Of a stretch of 64,000 bases of DNA, positions 1 to 9,008 are shown piece by piece (position 1 is the first letter of the stretch; the number at the start of each line of letters is the position of its first letter). The stretch covers positions 5,425 through 69,424 of the forward strand of contig JAQTMG010000004.1 in NCBI GenBank assembly GCA_028714455.1, given 5' to 3'. This stretch comes from Patescibacteria group bacterium. Its GTDB lineage: Bacteria; Patescibacteriota; Patescibacteriia; CAIXNZ01. The translations under genes were made by a program, and so were the position numbers. The notes beneath the pieces were generated by a model. It had not been told where the DNA came from and made no database searches. It saw nothing but the letters and a program-made list of their open reading frames with translations.

Positions 1-404
1 CAAATACCCAATTTTCTGACCCGACTGGTTTATCTTCGGGCAACAAATCAACGGCCAGTGATATCACGAAATTATTAAATATAGCGCTGGCAAATCCAGC
101 CATACAAAAGGCGACTAGTTTGGATAAGTACGGATTTACAGTTAAATATAGCGTAAAAGGCGTAGAAAAGACTCGCGATGTTAAGATAGGCAATACTGAT
201 TTGCTTTTGGGAGGTTATTTGAACGTTATCGGAGGTAAAACTGGTCACGTTGAAGAAGCGGGCTATTGTTTTGCCACAAAAATTAAAGGCGAAAAAAATC
301 AGGACGTGATAATAGTGGTACTTGGCAGTGACAGCAATTTTAATAGATTCCAGGATGTGAAGGCTGTCGCTGACTGGATTTTTTCTAATTACAATTGGCA
401 ATAA
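1..404 (+). CDS. Serine-type D-Ala-D-Ala carboxypeptidase (PBP5/6 family), C-terminal part; the gene begins upstream of the window
   Basis: The frame is open from position 3. It contains the KTG motif (GGKTGHVEEAGYCF) and the IIVVLGS segment typical of the DacA/PBP5 C-terminal region. The listed TTG/M at 120 is internal. Confidence 0.55.
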   Translation, partial: NTQFSDPTGLSSGNKSTASDITKLLNIALANPAIQKATSLDKYGFTVKYSVKGVEKTRDVKIGNTDLLLGGYLNVIGGKTGHVEEAGYCFATKIKGEKNQDVIIVVLGSDSNFNRFQDVKAVADWIFSNYNWQ

Positions 405-410
405 ATATAT

Positions 411-1535
411 ATGAGGATCGGTATTGATTGTCGTAGAATTTTAGACATTAATCATGGTGAAAATGCCGGAGTCGGTCATTATGTTTATTATTTGATAAAA
501 AATTTGTTGAAAATCGACAAGGAAAATGAATATTATTTGTTTTTATACGATCACAAAATAAAAGTTAATGAATTTCAGCAGGAAAATGTGAAAATAATAT
601 ATTTCCCCGGGCTTGAAAATATCGGTAAGATTCCATTTTTTTACCGCCATTGGTTTTTACCGCACGTGCTAAAACTTTATAAACTGGATGTTTATCACAA
701 TCCCGCCAATATTATTCCGCTATGTTACTTTCGCAAATCCGTAATCACGATTCACGATCTAGCGATTTACAAAAACGCCGATTGGTTTCCCGATCATCAA
801 TATTTTACTAAAAGCGTCACGATTCCTTTTTCAATTCGCAAGGCGAAAAAAATAATAGCCGTCTCGGAAAGCACGAAAAATGATTTAATCAAATTTTTTA
901 AGGTTAAGCCAGGGAAGATCGAGGTTATTTATGAAGGCGTTGAAGATTTTAATCAGCTTGTTATTGACGAAACAAAAATTAAACCAGAGTTAAAGGTTGC
1001 CAAGCCTTATTTTTTGTATCTGGGCACGCTTGAACCGCGCAAAAATCTGGTCCGGCTGATCGAAGCATTTAATGAATTCCAAAAAGAAAATAAAGATTTT
1101 AAATTAATCTTGGCCGGCAAAACGGGTTGGAAATATGAACCGATTTTTGAAACGATTTCTAGATTAAAACTGCAGAACAAAGTGATTAGTGTCGGCTATA
1201 TCAACAAAGAGGAAAAGATTTATTTACTTCGTAATTCTTTTGCTTTTGTTTTCCCTTCGCTCTACGAAGGTTTTGGCCTGCCGATATTGGAAGCGATGAA
1301 TTTGGGTGTGCCGATTGTGACTTCTAATATCGCTTCCATTCCGGAATTAGTTATTGACAATGCCGTTTTAGCCGACCCATACAGTGTGGGTTCAATAAGA
1401 GACGCCTTGTTTAGAATCACGAAAGATAATCAGCTTCGGGAGAAACTTACTAAAAAAGGCAGGGGCATAGCTCAAAATTTTACCTGGGAAAATTGCGCGA
1501 AAAAAACCATCGAGGTTTACAAATCAATAAAATAA
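411..1535 (+). CDS. Glycosyltransferase family 4 (GT-B, group 1)
   Basis: 374 aa. The C-terminal motif EGFGLPILEAMNLGVPIVTSNIASIPELV is typical of the GT1/GT4 nucleotide-sugar-binding domain. Confidence 0.8.
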   Translation: MRIGIDCRRILDINHGENAGVGHYVYYLIKNLLKIDKENEYYLFLYDHKIKVNEFQQENVKIIYFPGLENIGKIPFFYRHWFLPHVLKLYKLDVYHNPANIIPLCYFRKSVITIHDLAIYKNADWFPDHQYFTKSVTIPFSIRKAKKIIAVSESTKNDLIKFFKVKPGKIEVIYEGVEDFNQLVIDETKIKPELKVAKPYFLYLGTLEPRKNLVRLIEAFNEFQKENKDFKLILAGKTGWKYEPIFETISRLKLQNKVISVGYINKEEKIYLLRNSFAFVFPSLYEGFGLPILEAMNLGVPIVTSNIASIPELVIDNAVLADPYSVGSIRDALFRITKDNQLREKLTKKGRGIAQNFTWENCAKKTIEVYKSIK

Positions 1536-1542
1536 TCAAATA

Positions 1543-1572
1543 AAAAAATCGGCTCTTAGCCGGTTTTTTTTG
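1543..1572. terminator. Bidirectional intrinsic terminator between convergent genes
   Basis: A run of A, then the hairpin CGGCTCTTAGCCG, then a run of T. It sits between the + strand GT4 gene and a minus-strand gene. Confidence 0.6.
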
Positions 1573-1582
1573 TTTACTTCGT

Positions 1583-2029
1583 TTAATGCCTCAAAAGGAG
1601 ATAAAGTATAATGATTTGGTAAATTAGACTTAGATTCAGCGGTATGCTCCAATTTAGTTTCTCGTGGAAAAAGTCATGAGCTTTGCGGGCGCGATTAAAA
1701 TGTTTATGGCTGATTTCATGGACTGCCACCATAAAATCAGGTAAGACGCCGCCAATGATGCCCCAGAGCACTGACGGGCTATAGGTTAATTTATGAAAGT
1801 AGAACATTAAGCCTAAAAGAATAATTGTTGAGATAATATCAAAAACGATCAGATAAAGCATGGCCTTATTTTTAAAATTACTGCGGTAGGCTTTGATTAA
1901 CGCTTTGTCGCCGTGGGGGATTATATCTAAAATAAAATGCGATAAAAATGCCAGAGCAAAAGCAAAAAGCGAATAGTGTATTTTTTCACCGATCACGGCT
2001 CCGATTGTCGCATGAACCGAGATTAGCAT
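1583..2029 (-). CDS. Small polytopic membrane protein, possibly a membrane-bound metal-dependent hydrolase (YdjM/DUF457-like); first of two tandem paralogs
   Basis: 148 aa, hydrophobic. Motifs SHFILDIIPHGD and LPDF resemble the His/Asp motifs of DUF457. It is paralogous to the adjacent ORF. Confidence 0.45.
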   Translation of the reverse strand: MLISVHATIGAVIGEKIHYSLFAFALAFLSHFILDIIPHGDKALIKAYRSNFKNKAMLYLIVFDIISTIILLGLMFYFHKLTYSPSVLWGIIGGVLPDFMVAVHEISHKHFNRARKAHDFFHEKLNWSIPLNLSLIYQIIILYLLLRH

Positions 2030-2487
2030 AAGTAAAAGAAAATTAAATTTAAGATTACGAAAGCGGCTAGCTGAAGTCCTAGGCCGACATAAAAATTAAA
2101 TTCATATTTTTTAGAAATCAGATTATGGATTTTTTCGTGAAATTTAAAAGGTCTGATAAAAAATTTTTTGTCTGTTAAGAAATAGGCGAGTAATAAGAAA
2201 TCCGGCAGAACACTGCCCAAAAATGCCGCGCCAAAATTAAGATTGTATATGTTAATTTTTCTAAGATAAATAAGCAGGACAACATTGATGAATACAATGG
2301 TGAGATCTATGATTCCGGCTAGTGACCAATGAACTAGATTGTTAAATCTTTTTGGTAATTTAGTGTCTCCATGAGGTATTATATCACAGCAGTAGTGCGA
2401 GATTAAGCCAACAAAAAAAGCCAAAATAGGATTTGCGCTATACTTTCCGATAATCAATCCAATTGTGCTGTGGACTGATAAAAACAT
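2023..2487 (-). CDS. Small polytopic membrane protein, second of the tandem paralogs (YdjM/DUF457-like)
   Basis: 154 aa. It has the same SVH..IG...SH..CDIIPHGD and LPDF pattern as its neighbour. The two ORFs overlap by 7 nt. Confidence 0.45.
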   Translation of the reverse strand: MFLSVHSTIGLIIGKYSANPILAFFVGLISHYCCDIIPHGDTKLPKRFNNLVHWSLAGIIDLTIVFINVVLLIYLRKINIYNLNFGAAFLGSVLPDFLLLAYFLTDKKFFIRPFKFHEKIHNLISKKYEFNFYVGLGLQLAAFVILNLIFFYLC

Positions 2488-2489
2488 AG

Positions 2490-2563
2490 TACCAGGGGAG
2501 GGAGTCGAACCCTCGACCTCGGGCTTATGAGTCCCACGCTCTAACCATCTGAGCTACCCTGGC
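2490..2563 (-). tRNA. tRNA with anticodon CAU (elongator Met or Ile2/lysidine)
   Basis: The reverse complement folds as a cloverleaf: acceptor GCCAGGG/CCCTGGU, D-arm GCTC/GAGC, anticodon loop CUCAUAA, T-arm GAGGG-TTCGACT-CCCTC. CCA is not encoded. Confidence 0.8.
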
Positions 2564-2791
2564 CAGATAAAAGTTTGTGTGTTTTATAGTTTTACGCGTA
2601 TTTAAATTTTAGGCTTAAAATACGAGTTTAACGCATTGCCACATAGACTTTTATCTGGCCACTGGCCATATTATATAAACTTGTATCTGGGCTGGCCCGT
2701 TTGTTTTTGAGGCCATAAAATTTTTAATGCCGAAGGAGGGAATCCCCGCCTACACTAAAGCTTCGGCAGGGCAGGCGAACCCTCATTCTAT

Positions 2792-2875
2792 TGCCGCCGG
2801 TCGGAATCGAACCGACATGGACTTGCGCCCATACGATTTTGAGTCGTACGTGTCTACCAGTTCCACCACGGCGGC
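2792..2875 (-). tRNA. tRNA-Leu (anticodon CAA), type II with a long variable arm
   Basis: The reverse complement folds as GCCGCCG..TACGA-CTCAAAA-TCGTA..long variable arm..GTCGG-TTCGATT-CCGAC-CGGCGGC-A. Confidence 0.85.
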
Positions 2876-3135
2876 CAGATGTAAGTTTATGTATGAATCG
2901 TATGAATCGTATTTTACGATTGAAATAAAAATACGAACATAATCGTGTCTACACCTAGACTTACATCTGGCCAAGGCCATCAATAAGGCCATTAACATAA
3001 ACTTGTAACTGGCCAAGGCCCCCTATCACATTTAGGCCTTTAGCTAAATATAATCAATTTTACTATAATTTTACAAAATTGTCAAAAGAGTATAAAATGA
3101 TGTAAAGACAGCGCTAAATCCCATTTTTATCTAAT

Positions 3136-3912
3136 ATGGGCCATATTATTTCTATTGTTAATCAAAAAGGAGGGGTCGGTAAAACGACAACGGCCGTAAA
3201 TCTTGGCGCTTACCTGGCCAGTCTGGGTAAGTTTGTTCTTCTGGTTGACGTTGACCCACAGGCTAATGCCACGAGCGGTCTCGGTATTGATTATAATAAA
3301 CTTGAGCATGGAGTTTATGAAGCGCTGATGGGTGACAAACATTTTAAGGATGTTATTTTAAATACTGCAATTCCCGGCTATAAAATTGCCCCTGCCAATG
3401 CGAATCTGGCCGGTGCTAATGTTGAGTTGGTAAATATGGAAAACCGAGAGTCGCGACTCGAACAGGCACTGCTGCCCATCAGGAACGATTTTGACTATAT
3501 AATAATCGATTGTCCGCCGTCGCTTGGTCTACTTACGCTTAACAGCCTAGTAGCTGCAGAAAAACTTTTGATACCAGTGCAGGCAGAGTATTATGCGCTT
3601 GAAGGTTTGGGTCAATTGATGAATACGATAAACTTGATTAAGGGGAATATTAAACCTAGTCTAGAAGTCATGGGAGCTGTTCTGACTATGTATGATAAGC
3701 GAACAAAACTTTCAGACGAGGTTCTACACCAACTTTATCAATATTTCCCAAATCGCATCTTTCGTTCGGTCATCCCGAGAAATGTACGCCTGACTGAATC
3801 GCCGAGCTTTGGTAAATCCATTTACGAATATGATCCGAAATCAAAAGGCGCTAAGGCCTATGAGCGACTGGCTCGTGAGATTTTAGATATAACCAATTTT
3901 AACTATATTTAA
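3136..3912 (+). CDS. parA: Chromosome partitioning ATPase ParA/Soj
   Basis: Deviant Walker A motif IVNQKGGVGKTTTAVNLGA, characteristic of the ParA/MinD family. It lies immediately upstream of parB. Confidence 0.9.
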   Translation: MGHIISIVNQKGGVGKTTTAVNLGAYLASLGKFVLLVDVDPQANATSGLGIDYNKLEHGVYEALMGDKHFKDVILNTAIPGYKIAPANANLAGANVELVNMENRESRLEQALLPIRNDFDYIIIDCPPSLGLLTLNSLVAAEKLLIPVQAEYYALEGLGQLMNTINLIKGNIKPSLEVMGAVLTMYDKRTKLSDEVLHQLYQYFPNRIFRSVIPRNVRLTESPSFGKSIYEYDPKSKGAKAYERLAREILDITNFNYI

Positions 3913-3930
3913 ATAATTTTTTTAAACTTT

Positions 3931-4797
3931 ATGCCACTGGGCCGGGGGCTTGACGCGCTTTTGCCATCAAAACCAATAAAAACAAAATTTTCCAACGAAG
4001 AAATCAATAAGATCGATGAAAAAAATAAGATCCTTGATATTGAATTAGATAAAATTCAGGTTAATCCCCATCAGCCGCGCAAAAGATTTGACCACGGCGA
4101 CCTCGATGATTTAATCAACTCAATTAAGGCACATGGCATAATCCAGCCGCTGATCGTCACGAGATTGTCTGACAATAGATTTCAGCTGATCGCCGGCGAA
4201 AGAAGATTGCGAGCTGCCCAGTATTTACAATTGCCAACAGTGCCAGTGATTGTCAGGGAAGCTAAGGAATTGGAAAAACTTGAACTCGCCTTGATTGAAA
4301 ATCTGCAGAGAAAAAATTTAAATCCACTCGAAGAGGCCTTGTCATATAAACGTTTGATAGATGAATTTAATTTGACCCAAGAGGAAGTCTCCAAGAAAAT
4401 AGGTAAGAAAAGGTCAACCGTGGCTAACACGCTTCGGCTCTTGACTCTGCCAGAAGACGCCCAAAAAGCTATCTTGGATGAGAAAATTTCAGAGGGTCAT
4501 GCCAGAACAATTGCCGCGCTTGATAATGAGAAACAGCAGACAGAACTTTTGAAAAAGATTTTACGCAATCAGATGTCTGTCAGAGAAGCGGAAAACCAGG
4601 TAAAAAAAGTTAAAGTCAGGGGTCATGTCAGAATAATAAGCGTTGACCCCCTTAATGCGGAAAAAGAATTGAAATTGAGAAACGTTCTTGGGCACAAGGT
4701 TATTATAAAGAAAAAAGGTCGCGGCGGTGAAATTGTCATACAATTCAATTCGCAGGAAGATTTTAACGATGTGTTTAGAAAATTAACTGAATTATAA
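3931..4797 (+). CDS. parB: Chromosome partitioning protein ParB/Spo0J
   Basis: Contains the ParB box LIAGERRLRAA and a helix-turn-helix region. It pairs with the adjacent parA. Confidence 0.9.
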   Translation: MPLGRGLDALLPSKPIKTKFSNEEINKIDEKNKILDIELDKIQVNPHQPRKRFDHGDLDDLINSIKAHGIIQPLIVTRLSDNRFQLIAGERRLRAAQYLQLPTVPVIVREAKELEKLELALIENLQRKNLNPLEEALSYKRLIDEFNLTQEEVSKKIGKKRSTVANTLRLLTLPEDAQKAILDEKISEGHARTIAALDNEKQQTELLKKILRNQMSVREAENQVKKVKVRGHVRIISVDPLNAEKELKLRNVLGHKVIIKKKGRGGEIVIQFNSQEDFNDVFRKLTEL

Positions 4798-4952
4798 AAA
4801 CGCCTTGTCATCCAAAGCCCCTCATTAATATTCGGGGCAAGCTCCGCGAAGGATCTATAACATTAGGGGTTATGGATTCCTCACGTTCGTTCGGCCTTCG
4901 CCGACAGTAGTCGGCTTAAGCCGACGAAGGTCGGAATGACAAGGCGTTTTTT
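4796..4952. repeat. Palindromic intergenic element (about 157 bp) that acts as a bidirectional terminator between parB and rel
   Basis: Outer inverted repeat of 16 bp: AAAAACGCCTTGTCAT ... ATGACAAGGCGTTTTT. It has internal hairpins and a core AGGATCTATAACAT. It exactly fills the gap between the two stop codons. Confidence 0.6.
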
Positions 4953-6423
4953 ATTTTTTCAAGAATTTTTCAAATAGTGTTCTCTTGGACAAGATGGTCC
5001 TGATTTTATTTTTGGCCACGCTGGTCTTGGCAAATTTCAGCCAGTCCTGATTGGGATATTTGCGATTTTTATCAATTAATATCTCGATCATATCGCCGCT
5101 TTTAAGAGAAGTATCAAGCGAGGCGATGTGATTATTAATAAGAGCACCCACGCATTTGTTGCCGATTTCAGTGTGAACATGATAAGCAAAATCAATCGGC
5201 GTGGATTCCTTGGGCAAGTCAATAACATCGCCCTTGGGCGTGAAAACAAATATTCTGTCTTGAAAAACATCTATTTTTAAACGTTCAAGCAACTTTTGAT
5301 TTTCAAACACTTCTTTCTGCCACTTGGTCAGTTCTTTAATCCACTTCATTTTTTTGTCAGGCTTAATGGATCCCTTTTCATCATAGTACCAGTGTGCGGC
5401 GATTCCGTATTCTGATTCCTCATCCATTTCTTGAGTGCGAATCTGAACTTCGACGATTTCTCCCTCGGGCGTGAAAACCGTGGTGTGTAAAGAGGTATAG
5501 CCATTTGGCTTGGGCTGGGCGATGAAATCTTTTATGCGGCCCTTGAGCGGCTTCATCTCTTTATGAACCACACCCATGACTTCATAACAAGTCGGAATAT
5601 CTTTGACAATTACTCTCAAGGCCACCAGATCATAGACACGATTAATGTCCTTGTCGTATTTTATTAATTTTTGGTAGAGGCTATAGAGTTGTTTGACTCG
5701 ACCCTTAACTTCTATAAAATCAATCTTTTCTTTTTTAAGAAGTTGTTTTATAAAATCAATATTTTTTTGCAGATTCTTCTCCTTGAGTTTGCCCTGCTCT
5801 TCGATTATTTGTTTAATCCAGTTGTATTCTTTAGGGTAAAGATATTTGAACGCTTCTTCTTCAAGTTGTCCCTTCATTTCATACATGCCTAATCGATTGG
5901 CAATCGGCGCATATATCTCCAGCACTTCCGAGGCGATGCGGATTTGTTTGTTGCGGGGCAGAGCGTAGAGTGTTTTAAGATTGTGAAGCCGATCCGCGAA
6001 TTTAATCAAGATGACGCGCAGGTCCTCGGCCATGGAGATAAACATTTTGCGTAAATTTTCGATGTAGCGTTCCATACCTCGGTATTTGATGGTCCCTAAT
6101 TTGGTGATGCCGTTGACCAGCTCGGCTACTTCACTGCCAAAATCTTTCTCAATGTCTTTGAGGGTCATTTTTGTATCTTCGGGTACATCGTGAAGCAATC
6201 CGGCGATAATCATGGTCGGGCTCAACCTCAAATCAGCCAATGTCTGGGCCGTGGCCAGTGGATGAAAAATATAATCCTCGCCGCTCATTCTTTTTTGACC
6301 GGCATGAGCCTTCTGGGCAAATTCAAAAGCCAGTTTGACCAGTTCGGTATCGGCCTGGGGCTGATATTCCTTGATTGTCTTGAGTAATTTCTGAAATACT
6401 TTTTCAATTGATTGGTTTTCCAT
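4951..6423 (-). CDS. rel: (p)ppGpp synthetase/hydrolase of the Rel/SpoT family, short form
   Basis: The N-terminal HD domain (HDVPEDT, HPLATAQTLADL) is followed by a RelA_SpoT synthetase region. At 490 aa it lacks the long C-terminal regulatory domains. Confidence 0.85.
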   Translation of the reverse strand: MENQSIEKVFQKLLKTIKEYQPQADTELVKLAFEFAQKAHAGQKRMSGEDYIFHPLATAQTLADLRLSPTMIIAGLLHDVPEDTKMTLKDIEKDFGSEVAELVNGITKLGTIKYRGMERYIENLRKMFISMAEDLRVILIKFADRLHNLKTLYALPRNKQIRIASEVLEIYAPIANRLGMYEMKGQLEEEAFKYLYPKEYNWIKQIIEEQGKLKEKNLQKNIDFIKQLLKKEKIDFIEVKGRVKQLYSLYQKLIKYDKDINRVYDLVALRVIVKDIPTCYEVMGVVHKEMKPLKGRIKDFIAQPKPNGYTSLHTTVFTPEGEIVEVQIRTQEMDEESEYGIAAHWYYDEKGSIKPDKKMKWIKELTKWQKEVFENQKLLERLKIDVFQDRIFVFTPKGDVIDLPKESTPIDFAYHVHTEIGNKCVGALINNHIASLDTSLKSGDMIEILIDKNRKYPNQDWLKFAKTSVAKNKIRTILSKRTLFEKFLKK

Positions 6424-6478
6424 ACTACAACAATCATTATAATTTATTTTTGATTAAATATAAAGGATCATTTCACCC

Positions 6479-6507
6479 TTGACATATTTTTTTATTTGTG
6501 ATATACT
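6479..6507 (+). promoter_or_regulatory. Near-consensus sigma70-type promoter: TTGACA, 17-bp spacer, TATACT
   Basis: TTGACA at 6479-6484 and TATACT at 6502-6507 with a 17-nt spacer. No CDS lies downstream on this strand, so it may drive a small RNA. Confidence 0.4.
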
Positions 6508-6612
6508 ACAAACAAATGTAAGGGGTCTGTAACAAGACCTAATTGCAATGGGAAGAAGTCCGGCACTCACGTGTTGGATTTTTTCTTTTACAAATTTTTT
6601 TAACGTCCAGCA

Positions 6613-6641
6613 TTGACAAATCGATTTTTTTTTGCTATAAT
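6613..6641 (+). promoter_or_regulatory. Consensus sigma70-type promoter: TTGACA, 17-bp spacer, TATAAT
   Basis: TTGACA at 6613-6618 and TATAAT at 6636-6641. The predicted transcript of about 95 nt contains a GGGAGAG...CTCTCCC stem and ends at the terminator at 6710-6745. Confidence 0.4.
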
Positions 6642-6709
6642 TTTTATGATGGGAGAGTTGACACCCTTACATTTACATTGTAATTGGGGTTTAATCCTCT
6701 CCCGTCACT

Positions 6710-6745
6710 AAAAAATCCCCATTTTGTGCTTGGGGATTTTTTATT
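6710..6745. terminator. Bidirectional intrinsic terminator. It serves topA on the minus strand and the putative + strand small RNA.
   Basis: A run of A, then the hairpin ATCCCCA-loop-TGGGGAT, then a run of T. It lies just 3' of the topA stop codon. Confidence 0.65.
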
Positions 6746-6753
6746 TTATATTA

Positions 6754-8889
6754 TTATTCTTCTTTAGTTTTTTGGGGAGCATTGGGGTTTTCCCAGGTAG
6801 CATAGTCACATTCGGGATAGCGATTGCAGGCAAAAAAGATTTTGCCCCGCTTGCTTCTTTTTATAACAATATCACCAATGCCGCACTTGGGACATTTGAC
6901 ACCGATTGGTTTTTGAATATTTTTTGTGAATTTACATTTTGGGTAGTCAGAACAAGCTAGAAATTTGCCAAAGCGCCCAGTCTTTACTTTTAGGGCGGAA
7001 CCGCACTTTGGGCATTTCTCGTTTGTTTCTTCAGCCGCAGATTCTTCTTTGGTTTCAAAAAGAGGTCTTGTGTTTTTGCATTCTGGATAATTGGAACAAG
7101 CTAGAAATTTGCCAAACCGTCCCAATTTAATAACCATAGGCGAACTGCATTTATCGCATTTAATATCAGTTTTTTCTTCAGTTATCTCTTTTTTGTTAAT
7201 TTCTTTTTCCTTTTCCTTCAAAAGCTTGGCAAAAGGATTATAAAATTCAGTAATGACTTTTTGCCATTTCATTTTACCCTCGGCAATGTCATCCAGCTCT
7301 TTTTCAACCGAGGCAGTGAAATTTAAATCAACAATATTTGGAAAATGTTCAACCAATAAGTCGGTTACTATGGTGCCGATTTCAGTTGGTCTTAATTTTT
7401 TCTCTTCGTCTTTATTTACATAATTTCTTTCCTGAATCGTGGAAAGAGTCGGCGCATAAGTGGAAGGACGGCCAATACCATTTTTTTCTAGGGCTTTAAT
7501 TAGAGTTGCTTCAGTGTAGCGGGCAGGCGGTTGAGTAAAGTGCTGCAATTTTTCAAGTTTAATTAATTCTAGAACATCTTTTTCTTTGAGCGTTGGTAAG
7601 ATATTCTCTTTGATCGCGGCTTTGTAGACTTTCATAAAGCCGTCAAATTTGACGATTGAGCCAGTGGCCTGAAAAGTATAATCATTGGCTTTAATATCAA
7701 CAATGGTTGAATCCATAATGGCAGGCTGCATCTGGCTGGCTAGAGTTCTTTGCCAGATTAATTTGTAGAGTTTTAGCTGTCTTGGTTCGAGATAGCTGGC
7801 GATCTCATCTGGAGTATGAAAAACATCGGTTGGGCGGATTGCTTCGTGCGCTTCTTGCGCGCCTTTTGATTTCGTCTTGTAAATTTTTGCGTTTTCCGGC
7901 AAATAATTATTGCCGATTTTTTCCTTGATAAAAGATCTGATGTTTTCTAATGAATAAGTAGAAAGATTTAGGGAATCTGTTCTCATGTAGGTGATTAAAC
8001 CGACTGAACCCTCTGAACCAAGTTCTACGCCCTCGTAAAGCCGCTGGGCCAACATCATGGTTTGCTTGGCTGAAAAGCCAAGCTTGCGCGCGGCTTCTTG
8101 TTGTAAGGTGCTGGTAGTAAATGGAGTCGGTGGCGTTTTAAGACTTTCTTTTCTTTCGACTTTCTCAACAATGTACTTGGCGCTGTTTAAGCCATCTAAA
8201 ATTGATTGGGCGTGTTTTTCATCCTTAATACCCAGCTTAGTAATCGGTTTGCCATTTTCTTTGTTGAGTTGCGCGACAAAATTTTGCTTGTTTTTATCCA
8301 GCGTTGCTTCAACTGTCCAATATTCTTCTTTTTTGAATTTTTCAATTTCGCGTTCGCGGTCCACGACTAAACGCACGGCCACTGATTGGACGCGGCCGGC
8401 TGAAAGTCCCTTGGCCACCTTTTTCCAAAGCAGGGGAGAAAGTTTATAACCGACCAGGCGATCAAGTATCCTGCGCGCCTGCTGGGCATCGATTAAATTA
8501 ATATCAAGATGGCGCGGATGAGTGAGCGCCTCGTCAATCGCTTTTTTTGTAATCTCATGAAAAGTAATCCTCTCCGAATTATCGTCGTTTAATTTTAAAA
8601 TCTGGGCGAGGTGCCAGGCAATGGCCTCGCCTTCACGGTCTTCGTCAGTCGCCAGAATAATTCTGTCAGATTTTTCAGCGAGTTTCTTTAGCTTGGAAAC
8701 GGTATTTTTAGCTTTGATCGGCACAACATATTTGGGTTCAAAATCATGCTCCACGTCAACGCCAAGCTCTTTTTGCGGCAGATCCCGCACATGACCAAAA
8801 GAGGACTCCACCTTGAAGTCCTTGCCTAAAAATTTGGTAATTGTTTTAGCTTTGGTCGGAGATTCTACTATGACTAATGATTTTGGCAT
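6754..8889 (-). CDS. topA: DNA topoisomerase I
   Basis: 711 aa with TOPRIM and Topo IA core motifs. The C-terminus carries tandem Cys4 zinc ribbons (CDKC..C..C, CPKCG). Confidence 0.9.
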   Translation of the reverse strand: MPKSLVIVESPTKAKTITKFLGKDFKVESSFGHVRDLPQKELGVDVEHDFEPKYVVPIKAKNTVSKLKKLAEKSDRIILATDEDREGEAIAWHLAQILKLNDDNSERITFHEITKKAIDEALTHPRHLDINLIDAQQARRILDRLVGYKLSPLLWKKVAKGLSAGRVQSVAVRLVVDREREIEKFKKEEYWTVEATLDKNKQNFVAQLNKENGKPITKLGIKDEKHAQSILDGLNSAKYIVEKVERKESLKTPPTPFTTSTLQQEAARKLGFSAKQTMMLAQRLYEGVELGSEGSVGLITYMRTDSLNLSTYSLENIRSFIKEKIGNNYLPENAKIYKTKSKGAQEAHEAIRPTDVFHTPDEIASYLEPRQLKLYKLIWQRTLASQMQPAIMDSTIVDIKANDYTFQATGSIVKFDGFMKVYKAAIKENILPTLKEKDVLELIKLEKLQHFTQPPARYTEATLIKALEKNGIGRPSTYAPTLSTIQERNYVNKDEEKKLRPTEIGTIVTDLLVEHFPNIVDLNFTASVEKELDDIAEGKMKWQKVITEFYNPFAKLLKEKEKEINKKEITEEKTDIKCDKCSSPMVIKLGRFGKFLACSNYPECKNTRPLFETKEESAAEETNEKCPKCGSALKVKTGRFGKFLACSDYPKCKFTKNIQKPIGVKCPKCGIGDIVIKRSKRGKIFFACNRYPECDYATWENPNAPQKTKEE

Positions 8890-9008
8890 TGTTTATAATT
8901 TAGAATTATGAATTATGAAGTCTGAAATTTTTATCACAATTCATAATTCATATTTCAGCTTTCATAATTATTATTATTAATAACAGTAAAAAAAGCTTTT
9001 GTCAAATT

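Noticed and set aside
75-401. 108-aa minus-strand ORF overlapping the carboxypeptidase 3' end
   Set aside because: It lies wholly inside a better-supported + strand gene that has a conserved KTG motif. It is AT-rich with no Shine-Dalgarno sequence and is a typical antisense ORF.
2727-3016. ORFs 2727-2942 (+) and 2783-3016 (-)
   Set aside because: They overlap the tRNA-Leu gene and the repeat-rich tRNA intergenic region and have no coding signal. The 7-bp inverted repeat GCCGAAG..CTTCGGC at 2729-2767 was examined as a possible third tRNA but does not fold into a cloverleaf.
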